A stretch of 64,000 nt of DNA, taken from the NCBI GenBank assembly GCA_963702895.1, contig OY969767.1:1120001-1184000 (forward strand). The letters are read 5' to 3'. A model generated the notes under the pieces. It was not told the DNA's origin and ran no database searches. It worked only from the letters and a program-made list of their open reading frames with translations. The first letter of the stretch is position 1. Each line of letters starts with the position of its first letter. This stretch comes from an uncultured Elusimicrobia bacterium. GTDB taxonomy: Bacteria > Elusimicrobiota > Elusimicrobia > 2-01-FULL-59-12. A program made the translations under genes and the position numbers. Below are positions 56,399 through 64,000 of this stretch, piece after piece.

Positions 56399-58111
56399 TT
56401 ATGCCGCGCGGCGGACCGGTTGCGCATTCGACCTCATCGGCATGCCGGCTGGTCTGCCGAATTCGCGCCAAAGTTTTCCAAGGAGTTCCGGTGTGTCGGC
56501 TTGCAGGAATAGGTTTCGGACAAACAGGCGCCGCGGCAAGTCCGCTTCTTTGCCAGTGCGAGGTTCATCGGTATCATCTAAGCAGCGCAGGAGGTCGCCC
56601 ATGAGCGTTTCTTGTAAGAAAGCGGCTGTTGCGGATGGAGGGAAAAACGCCCGATAACGGTCACGAAATCCGGGAAGAAATCGAGCCACTTGGGGGAGGT
56701 GGTCTAAGACCAACTGCCAGCGAATCGTCTTGATTTTCTCTTCCCGCGATTGCCGGCGAGCCCTCTGAGCAGCGACTTCCGAGAGCCACGGACGAAATAT
56801 CGGTCGATAGGTGATAAAGCGGTCGAGCCCTTTATAGACCGGAAGATCACCGTCTCCCCGTATCGGCTGCCCGTACAGGAATGCATAGAATCGGTAAAGC
56901 GGTCCGTTATCCGATGCGGTAATCTTGGGTAACAACCTTTGATAAGCGGAAAGCAATTCCTGGTATGTGAGCGTGGGACCGCTGATCGAAATGTCCTGGT
57001 AATGTTGAGGGTATTGGACGGGCGCCGCGTCAACGAATGACCGTGGCCAATACAGTCGAAGATAATGCTGACCGTTTTGTTCCCGTTGAAAGAATTTAGC
57101 TGCCGTTTCAATCACGCGCTGGACTGCCGGACTCTGGTCCACTTCGGAAACGCCCCATAGGGCTTCGGGCGTCGTCTTCCATAACTTAAATGTATCGCAA
57201 AACGCCTCAACGCCTGTCGTTTCCGACACTGTCCTATTCTTTGAGGCGTAGGCGCTGATGAGCATGGCAAACTCGTCTTCATGCCCTTGGTGAGCGTCAG
57301 CCAAGGTCAAGTGGATGTTCGGGTTGTTCAAATAATGCGGATGAGCCATTTCATGGAGGATGAGCCCTTCAAGTTCATCGAGGGACGTGCGCTCGTGAAG
57401 GAAGATGTGTCCACCCGCCGTGCCAAGTGCTAAAACGTCCGGGTCCTGTGTCATGCGACCAAACGCCCCATGATCGAGAAAACGGATTGAGACGGTTCCG
57501 GCCCTGGCCGCTTCCGGGAGATCTTCGAGAAGTTCGGCCAGGCAGCGCAATTGGTCGCCGGTGGCTCCTGAAATCTCGACGCCGTAACGCTCCTTCAGCA
57601 TCTTCGGGGATAACGGATGTTCAATGATTTCAATTACTTGCGCCCAACGCGGCGGATTGAAGGCCAATACAAAGGCTTCAACGATGACACCCCCGACGAC
57701 CACATTCTTGAGCCAGCGTCGCCGACTTGGGATGGTAGGTTGGTTGATGGATCGGACCATGAAAAAAAACACTCCCACGACCGCGATAGCAAACCAAGCG
57801 ATCGTCCACCACCAGGCAGGGAATGTCTGAATCGTAGGTGGCTCCGTCAAGGTGTCAGCAAGGAGAGTCGATCTTGTTAACGCGACAGTCGCCAATGCAA
57901 CGATGACCTTCAGACGCCGATGAGGGGCGCTGTCGCGCCGTTGTGCCGATATTGGTAGCATGAGTGCCTGCTGGTTGATCTGTTGCGCGAGAGTGGCAGC
58001 CGCTTGGATTTTTTCGGTTACAAGCGTTGTGCTGACATTGGCGGAGAGAGGTTCCGTGATCAGGCAGGGAATCAGAACAAGAGCAACTCCACTATTGAGG
58101 AACTTGGACAT
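56399..58111 (-). CDS. Hypothetical membrane protein with HEXXH (zincin-like) motif
   Basis: Signal-like N-terminus, several TM segments, LILHEMAH. Confidence 0.6.
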   Translation of the reverse strand: MSKFLNSGVALVLIPCLITEPLSANVSTTLVTEKIQAAATLAQQINQQALMLPISAQRRDSAPHRRLKVIVALATVALTRSTLLADTLTEPPTIQTFPAWWWTIAWFAIAVVGVFFFMVRSINQPTIPSRRRWLKNVVVGGVIVEAFVLAFNPPRWAQVIEIIEHPLSPKMLKERYGVEISGATGDQLRCLAELLEDLPEAARAGTVSIRFLDHGAFGRMTQDPDVLALGTAGGHIFLHERTSLDELEGLILHEMAHPHYLNNPNIHLTLADAHQGHEDEFAMLISAYASKNRTVSETTGVEAFCDTFKLWKTTPEALWGVSEVDQSPAVQRVIETAAKFFQREQNGQHYLRLYWPRSFVDAAPVQYPQHYQDISISGPTLTYQELLSAYQRLLPKITASDNGPLYRFYAFLYGQPIRGDGDLPVYKGLDRFITYRPIFRPWLSEVAAQRARRQSREEKIKTIRWQLVLDHLPQVARFLPGFRDRYRAFFPPSATAAFLQETLMGDLLRCLDDTDEPRTGKEADLPRRLFVRNLFLQADTPELLGKLWREFGRPAGMPMRSNAQPVRRAA

Positions 58112-58454
58112 AGGTCTTGAGCGCGCGGGCGCGCGCGTATAATAAATTGTATCGGCCGAATGTTAACAACGAGTTAAGAAAAAGCTCAGTTTTAGCCTGG
58201 GCCTAAAGCCTATGTCCAATAGGCCCATAAAAATGGCGCTAAACTACGATTTAATTTGGGCAGGCGAAAAGACCAGAATCCGGCGGCTTTGGCGAAGAGG
58301 GTTGCCTGGAGAGATCGTCTGGGGAACGAAAGCCACATTAGCGTCGGAGAATCGAACCCGGCGCCATTTCGTGAGGTCTCGTACCCGCTTTTATTTAATA
58401 TATTATCTACTGCAAAACCTTGCGGAATACTAATTAATGTAGTAAATAATATGC

Positions 58455-59285
58455 ATGCCGCAGTCAAGAGATTATGGAGCCACGGCCGGCCGGAAGCTGG
58501 TACGCCATTTGGCCGATAACGGCCAGTATATTTTTTCGACGGGACAAGCCCATGCCGCCGCCGTCAGGCTGAACATCCCCAGGGGCTACGAGAGCGTCCT
58601 TTTGACCTCCCTGGCCCAGGGACGCTGGATTCAAAGACTGCGAAGAGGCCTCTACGCCCTGGCGGACGTCTCGATCCATCCCTTTGCGATCGCGACCCGC
58701 CTCGTGGAGCCTTCCGCCATCAGCCATTGGTCGGCACTCCATCACCATGGCTTTACCGAGCAGATCCCTCAAGCCGTCTTTGCCATGACACCGGCGAAGG
58801 TGGTGACCCCCAGCATGCGCTTCGGCGCCTCCAACCGGTCCGGCGAACGGCACACCTGGGAGGTCGGTTCCACCCAATATCAATACATCACCGTGAAGCG
58901 CGAATACTTCTTGGGGATCGAGGCCGTCTGGGTCAGCGAGCATTTCCGGATTTCCATCACAGACAAGGAGCGTACGGTCCTGGAAACGTTTGCCTCCCCC
59001 CGGCTCTTTGGCGGGATCGGCGAAGCGCTTTCCGTGGTGGAACAAAATGCAGGCAAGCTCAATATTCCGTTACTGGTGGACTACGCTAGGCGCTACGGAA
59101 AGGCTTCCGTGGCCAAGCGTGTCGGCTGGGCGTTGGAACGCGCTGGAATTGCAGAGAAGATACTCTCCCCGCTGAGAAAGGTGCCGCTCACAGGCATCGC
59201 CATTCTGGATCCGACGCGCCCGCGCCGCGGCCCCAGCAATTCAAAGTGGCAGATTCTGGAGAATCTGCCGGGGCGCGGCGCATGA
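58455..59285 (+). CDS. Type IV TA antitoxin AbiEi family
   Basis: GRWIQRLRRGLY, ISHWSALHHHGFTEQIP, TDKERTVLE; ATGA overlap with the toxin. Confidence 0.88.
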   Translation: MPQSRDYGATAGRKLVRHLADNGQYIFSTGQAHAAAVRLNIPRGYESVLLTSLAQGRWIQRLRRGLYALADVSIHPFAIATRLVEPSAISHWSALHHHGFTEQIPQAVFAMTPAKVVTPSMRFGASNRSGERHTWEVGSTQYQYITVKREYFLGIEAVWVSEHFRISITDKERTVLETFASPRLFGGIGEALSVVEQNAGKLNIPLLVDYARRYGKASVAKRVGWALERAGIAEKILSPLRKVPLTGIAILDPTRPRRGPSNSKWQILENLPGRGA

Positions 59286-60151
59286 AACCGCTGCGCGCGC
59301 GCATTGCCGCGGAAGCCGCCAGGACACGGGTGCCGCAGCCCGTGATTGAGAAGGATTACGCGCTCAGTTATATCCTGGCAGGCCTGGCCACCCAATCCGC
59401 ATTACGCGAAAGCATCGTTTTTAAAGGCGGAACGGCCTTGAAAAAGCTTTTCTTCGGCCATTACCGGTTCTCGGAAGACCTGGACTATTCAGCGATCAAG
59501 GCGCCGAAAGGCAAAGCGCTCCTGGCGGCCATGGAATCCGCCGGTCAAGCCGCCAAGCGCCTGCTTCTGGAACAGGGCCCGTTTGAGGTGGTGATCCGAC
59601 GCTATGAGGAACGGGATCCTCACCCTCGCGGCCAGGAAGCCTTCACCTTTCACCTGCAATTCCCCTGGCATCCCTCGCCGCTTTGCCGGATCAAGGTCGA
59701 GGTTTCGCATGATGAACCGGTGGTTCTGACGCCGCTCACGCGCGATTTGATTCACGGTTATGAAGAGAATCTGGCCGTGCGGGTCCGATGCTATCCCTTG
59801 ACCGAGATCGTCGCGGAGAAGCTGCGTACGCTCCTTCAAACGCACAACCGGCTCATGACCCGGGGATGGAATCGCCCGCGCGCCCGAGATTATTACGATC
59901 TTTGGCGCCTGCTTCGGGAATTTGAGAAGGAGATCGACAAACAGAAGCTGATGCCGTTACTCAAGAAGAAGTGCAGGTATCGGAACGTAAGCTATTCCGG
60001 AATCGATGATTTCTTCACTGACGATCTCGTGGCGGAAGCGCGAACCCATTGGCAGGGTGCTTTGGGCGCTTTCGTGACCGGGTTGCCGTCCTTGGACGAT
60101 GTTCTGAAGGACCTCAGAAGCCAATTGCCGAAGTTGATGGGTATGGAATAA
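59282..60151 (+). CDS. Type IV TA toxin AbiEii (nucleotidyltransferase)
   Basis: EKDY, FKGGTALKK..YRFSEDLDY, AEKLR, RARDYYDL. Confidence 0.93.
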   Translation: MKPLRARIAAEAARTRVPQPVIEKDYALSYILAGLATQSALRESIVFKGGTALKKLFFGHYRFSEDLDYSAIKAPKGKALLAAMESAGQAAKRLLLEQGPFEVVIRRYEERDPHPRGQEAFTFHLQFPWHPSPLCRIKVEVSHDEPVVLTPLTRDLIHGYEENLAVRVRCYPLTEIVAEKLRTLLQTHNRLMTRGWNRPRARDYYDLWRLLREFEKEIDKQKLMPLLKKKCRYRNVSYSGIDDFFTDDLVAEARTHWQGALGAFVTGLPSLDDVLKDLRSQLPKLMGME

Positions 60152-60237
60152 GGCGGGCGGCGCGCCGTTTGAGGATGGCAGATGTTCGACGCAAATAAGA
60201 TCCCCAGATCTTTGTTGTCAGGGGATCAGCTTATAAA

Positions 60238-60311
60238 TGGAGCGGGTGATGGGAATCGAACCCACATCTCTACCTTGGCAAGGTAGCATTCTACCACTGA
60301 ACCACACCCGC
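60238..60311 (-). tRNA. tRNA-Gly (GCC), copy 2 with encoded CCA
   Basis: GCGGGTG acceptor, CTACC-TTGCCAA-GGTAG, GGTTCGATTCC, ends in TCCA; several differences from copy 1. Confidence 0.95.
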
Positions 60312-60482
60312 GAAATTAGTTGGTGAAAAAGTTGGTGAAGATTTTCCCCTTAATTACTAGTCATCTTCCGTAGTGTCGGGCGGCATTTCCCGAGGTGAAC
60401 CGTCATGTTCCGTACTGTTTTCGGATTCCTTGGCAAGGTCGCATTCTACCATTGAACCACACCCGCTGCAGGGCCCCTTAAA

Positions 60483-60575
60483 CTCGTCTCAACCTTGGCA
60501 AGGTCGCATCCTACCATTCCCGCCACTGAGTCTCTGGCGGGCCCGCCATGGTGTAGTGGCGGGGAACCACACCCA
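60483..60575 (-). pseudogene. tRNA-Gly fragment with a 45-bp hairpin doublet inserted in the D-loop
   Basis: ctcgtctcaaccttggcaaggtcgcatcctaccatt-[60519-60563]-gaaccacaccca. Confidence 0.7.
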
Positions 60576-60629
60576 CTGGAGGCCTTCGCATAGACGTTCA
60601 CGATCCTGATCGAGTGGAGAATGGAATTA

Positions 60630-60711
60630 TGCCCAGGACAGGAGTTGAACCTGCAAGCCTTTCGGCATACGCACCTCAAGCGTACGTGTCTGCCAATTCC
60701 ACCACCTGGGC
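60630..60711 (-). tRNA. tRNA-Leu (GAG)
   Basis: GCCCAGG acceptor, TACGC-TTGAGGT-GCGTA, long variable arm, GGTTCAACTCC. Confidence 0.95.
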
Positions 60712-60892
60712 ATAATTCCATTCTCCACAGGCAACCTCATTCAGTCGGGACAATCCCATCTATACCCGCTCGCTTCAAGAGTTTCTAAAGTGGTTGGGAT
60801 CCCAATTCCATCCCCCTAACTCCCGGGGGATAATCCCGCTGCGTAAGCGAGCCATGAAGCAGGACACCACCAGGGCATAAAAGTCAAATTAA

Positions 60893-60987
60893 AGATCAGA
60901 AATCAGAGAGCAGAAATCTAATACACGGACTTTTATCGCGAGATCCACTGCCCTATTTCTGATCTCTGATCTCTGCTTTCTGCTCTG
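60893..60987. repeat. Heptamer inverted array (ATCAGAG family) downstream of tRNA-Cys
   Basis: gatcagaaatcagagagcagaaatc ... tttctgatctctgatctctgctttctgctctg. Confidence 0.75.
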
Positions 60988-60994
60988 AAGTAAT

Positions 60995-61067
60995 AGGTGC
61001 GGGTGGGATTTGAACCCACGAATAACGGTTTTGCAGACCGCCGCGTTAGCCGCTTCGCCACCGCACC
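60995..61067 (-). tRNA. tRNA-Cys (GCA)
   Basis: GGTGCGG acceptor, GCGGT-CTGCAAA-ACCGT, GGTTCAAATCC. Confidence 0.95.
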
Positions 61068-61122
61068 AAATTGTGGATTTGATTTTACAAAACGCGTCCC
61101 GGCCCGATGAATCTCCCTGCGC

Positions 61123-61413
61123 TTAAGGTCCGACAGGGCCACCCGTCGCCCCTGGGAGGCTCTCCAAGAGAGAACGCTGGTGGCGCCGGGATGAAAGGAT
61201 CGTTAACATGACTGACGTGATGACAAAAACAATCGCCATGCCCGTGGTCAGTTTCTTGATAAAGGCTGTCCCGGACGGGGCTGAGAAGAGCTGATCGCCC
61301 CCCCCTCCACCCAGCAAGCTGCCAAGCCCAGCGCCTTTACCTGCCTGGAGCAAGACCACCAGAAGCAGACCGACGCAGACGATAATATGGAGTAAAACAA
61401 ACAAGTTATACAT
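61123..61413 (-). CDS. secG: Preprotein translocase subunit SecG
   Basis: VVLLQAGKGAGLG..GGG..LF..FIKKLT; two TM helices; followed by tRNAs. Confidence 0.93.
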   Translation of the reverse strand: MYNLFVLLHIIVCVGLLLVVLLQAGKGAGLGSLLGGGGGDQLFSAPSGTAFIKKLTTGMAIVFVITSVMLTILSSRRHQRSLLESLPGATGGPVGP

Positions 61414-61422
61414 AAAGCCCCC

Positions 61423-62076
61423 TTAGCTTACACTCGCGGCCTGGCGATTGTGGGCCAGAATGCGACCGGAAGCGTCGATCTCATAGGTGATGGGCAAGCC
61501 CGTCGGGATGTTGAGCTCAAGCACCTGCTCACGCGTCATACGTTCCAGGTCCATGACAATCGATCGCAGCGAATTGCCATGGGCTGCGATCAGGACATTC
61601 TTTCCGGCCTTGACGAGCGGCAGAATCTTGCTTTGAAAATAGGGAAGGGTCCGGGCGGCCGTATCCATCAAGCTTTCACTGATGCCTTCGGGGTTCAGAG
61701 GCGTCTTGTCCTTCGGCGGGGCAATATCGTAGCTGCGCCGCCAGAGATGGACCTGTTTGTCCCCGTATTTTTCGGCTGTTTCCTTTTTGTTGAGGCCCTG
61801 CAGGGCGCCATAGTGACGCTCATTGAGGGCCTGGTCCTTTTCGATGGGGAGGTTCCTCTGTTGCGTGACATCGAGGATGATGCTCAGCGTGTCTTGAGCA
61901 CGCTTAAGGCTTGACGTAAATGCGATATCGAAGCGGATGCCGCGCAAGGTCGTGCCGGCGGCTTTGGCCTCTTCCTCTCCCTTCGCGGAAAGCGGCACAT
62001 CGATCCATCCTGTGAAACGGTTTTCCAGGTTCCACTGGGACTGCCCGTGCCGTACGAGAATAAGTTTGCCCGCCAT
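61423..62076 (-). CDS. gpmA: 2,3-BPG-dependent phosphoglycerate mutase
   Basis: [36 protein letters not shown]. Confidence 0.96.
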   Translation of the reverse strand: MAGKLILVRHGQSQWNLENRFTGWIDVPLSAKGEEEAKAAGTTLRGIRFDIAFTSSLKRAQDTLSIILDVTQQRNLPIEKDQALNERHYGALQGLNKKETAEKYGDKQVHLWRRSYDIAPPKDKTPLNPEGISESLMDTAARTLPYFQSKILPLVKAGKNVLIAAHGNSLRSIVMDLERMTREQVLELNIPTGLPITYEIDASGRILAHNRQAASVS

Positions 62077-62078
62077 GG

Positions 62079-63296
62079 TCAGGCCTTGGGGAGGGCCGCG
62101 ATACCGGGCAGGGTCTTGCCTTCGAGGAACTCCAGCGATGCCCCACCACCTGTCGAGATATGAGAAAGCTGCTCCGCAAGGCCCGCCAGCTTGACAGCCG
62201 CGACGGAATCCCCGCCGCCCACAATGGTCGTGGCGCCGTATTGGGTGGCCTCGGCGAGGGCCTTGGCGACACCGAGCGTCCCTGCTGCAAAAGGAGCCAT
62301 TTCAAAAATGCCCATGGGACCGTTCCAGACAATGGTCTTCGCTTTTTCAAGAAGCGTTTTGATAGATTGGATCGTGTTGGGACCGATATCGACGGCAATC
62401 TTGCCTTCCGGAATGGACCTGTCTGGTGTTACGGAAAAGATGGCCTTGGCATCGACCTGGTCGACCACCACATGATCCAGCGGCAAAAAAAGCTGAATGT
62501 GCTTCTCCTGGGCTTTTTTGATAGCGCTTTTGGCCAGATCCACTTTATCCGCCTCAACGAGGGAATTTCCCGTGGCCACGCCCTGTGCTTTAAGGAAGGT
62601 GTAGGCCATTGCTCCCCCAATAACCAGGGCGTTGACCTTGTCGAGCAAACTGTCAATGACCTCAATTTTATCTGAGACTTTAGCGCCTCCCAAAATGGCG
62701 ATAAACGGTCTTTCGGGGTTCTCGAGCGCTTTGGAGAGATAGAAAATCTCCTTGGCAAGCAGCAAACCCGCCGCGCTCGGAAGGAGTGCTGCGACACCGG
62801 CGGTTGAGGCATGTGCCCGGTGGACGGCACCAAAGGCGTCCTGGACAAAGACATCGGCCAAGGACGCGAGTTCCTTCGCGAAGGCCGGGTCATTGGCTTC
62901 TTCTTGCGCGTGGAAGCGCAAGTTTTCAAGCATGAGAATGCCTCCGGGTTGAAGCCCCTTCGCCAACTGGGCGACTTCCTCCCCAACACAATCCGGTGCC
63001 ATCTGGACCGTGCGTCGGGTGAGTTCCTCAAGACGTTTGGCGACAGGACGCAGGCTGTATTGGGGATTGGGTTTTCCCTTCGGTCGCCCTAAATGTGCGC
63101 AGAGGATAAGAGAGGCGCCCCGCTCAAGCAGGAACTGCAAGGTGGGGAGTGTTTCCTTGATGCGCGTGTCATCTGTAATGGCTCCCTGCTCGTTCAGCGG
63201 GACGTTATAGTCCACACGTACGAGGACTCGTTTGCCCTGGACCGGCAGCTCCTCAAGGGTGCGCTGAGCGATGCGCGGGTTGCTGGTGGTCGGCAT
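62079..63296 (-). CDS. pgk: Phosphoglycerate kinase
   Basis: [41 protein letters not shown]. Confidence 0.97.
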   Translation of the reverse strand: MPTTSNPRIAQRTLEELPVQGKRVLVRVDYNVPLNEQGAITDDTRIKETLPTLQFLLERGASLILCAHLGRPKGKPNPQYSLRPVAKRLEELTRRTVQMAPDCVGEEVAQLAKGLQPGGILMLENLRFHAQEEANDPAFAKELASLADVFVQDAFGAVHRAHASTAGVAALLPSAAGLLLAKEIFYLSKALENPERPFIAILGGAKVSDKIEVIDSLLDKVNALVIGGAMAYTFLKAQGVATGNSLVEADKVDLAKSAIKKAQEKHIQLFLPLDHVVVDQVDAKAIFSVTPDRSIPEGKIAVDIGPNTIQSIKTLLEKAKTIVWNGPMGIFEMAPFAAGTLGVAKALAEATQYGATTIVGGGDSVAAVKLAGLAEQLSHISTGGGASLEFLEGKTLPGIAALPKA

Positions 63297-63298
63297 GA

Positions 63299-64000
63299 TC
63301 AGCGGCCGGCCGCTTTCCCGATGATATAGGACACGAGGTCGACGACCCGCTTGGAGTAGCCCCACTCGTTGTCATACCAGCCGAAGACTTTCGCGAAATT
63401 GCCGTCGATAACGTCCGTGGAAAGCGCATCAAAGATGCAGCTCTTGTCGTTGCCGATGAAGTCGCGGGAAACAAGCGGAAGCTCCGAGTACTGGAGGTAG
63501 GCGCCGAGCGGACCGGCGGCCGCCTTCTTGTAAGCGGCGTTGATGTCGTCGCGTGTGGCTGGCCTTTCGAGCTCGACCGCCAGGTCGACGAGCGACACAT
63601 CCGGTGTCGGCACGCGGATGGCGATGCCGTTGAGTTTCCCCTTGAGCTCCGGGATGACCAGGCCAATGGCCTTGGCCGCGCCGGTCGAGGTCGGGATCAT
63701 GGAGAGCCCGGCAGCGCGTGCCCGTCGGAGATCCTTGTGCGGGAAGTCCTGAACCACCTGATCGTTCGTATAAGAATGGATCGTGGTCATGAGACCGCGC
63801 TTGATGCCAAAAGCCTCAAGGAGGACTTTGGCCAGCGGAGCCAAGCAATTGGTCGTGCACGACGCATTCGAGAGGATGATGTGCTTGGCCGGATCGAACT
63901 TGTTTTCGTTGATGCCCATGCAGATCGTGATGTCCTCTCCTTTGGCAGGAGCGGAGATCACCACGCGTTTGGCGCCTGCCGTGATGTGGGCCTTGGCTTT
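63299..64000 (-). CDS. gap: Glyceraldehyde-3-phosphate dehydrogenase type I (5' part outside the window)
   Basis: [38 protein letters not shown]. Confidence 0.97.
   Translation of the reverse strand, partial: KAKAHITAGAKRVVISAPAKGEDITICMGINENKFDPAKHIILSNASCTTNCLAPLAKVLLEAFGIKRGLMTTIHSYTNDQVVQDFPHKDLRRARAAGLSMIPTSTGAAKAIGLVIPELKGKLNGIAIRVPTPDVSLVDLAVELERPATRDDINAAYKKAAAGPLGAYLQYSELPLVSRDFIGNDKSCIFDALSTDVIDGNFAKVFGWYDNEWGYSKRVVDLVSYIIGKAAGR

Larger units (their letters stand above)
56036..60502. mobile_element. tRNA-Gly-anchored mini genomic island without integrase
   Basis: 75-bp direct repeats at 56036-56110 and 60428-60502 (one mismatch); cargo is a HEXXH protein, AbiEi/AbiEii and a second tRNA-Gly. 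Confidence 0.75.

Noticed and set aside
58340..58365. T-arm-like fragment ggagaatcgaaccc inside the island
   Set aside because: No cloverleaf or tmRNA end can be built around it.

Overview
A GC-rich (roughly 60%) bacterial chromosome segment, tentatively Elusimicrobiota-like (an inference from gene order and GYF-type membrane proteins; not tested). Most of it is housekeeping: gap-pgk-gpmA-secG, thrS-infC-rpmI-rplT-pheST, zapA-rarA-ygfA-ymdB-ispA-dxs-tlyA-leuS-lptE-holA, murJ, addA/addB and five tRNAs. Four non-routine layers stand out. (1) A complete IS110/IS621-type element (5548-6709) sits inside a REP-like palindrome; its upstream non-coding end is a readable bridge RNA whose donor and target guides match the reconstructed circle junction and insertion site. 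(2) Inverted arrays of 7- and 8-nt tandem repeats, plus REP doublets, occur between genes and in-frame inside AddA, AddB, LeuS, LptE and a PLD fusion. (3) A four-helix-bundle gene is flanked by heptamer hairpins and followed by a 5 x 120-bp array in which each unit recopies the tRNA-Val 3' end. (4) A ~4.3-kb integrase-less island with an AbiE toxin-antitoxin pair and its own tRNA-Gly is bounded by 75-bp direct repeats of the tRNA-Gly 5' half. All product calls come from motif recognition by eye, not from database searches.
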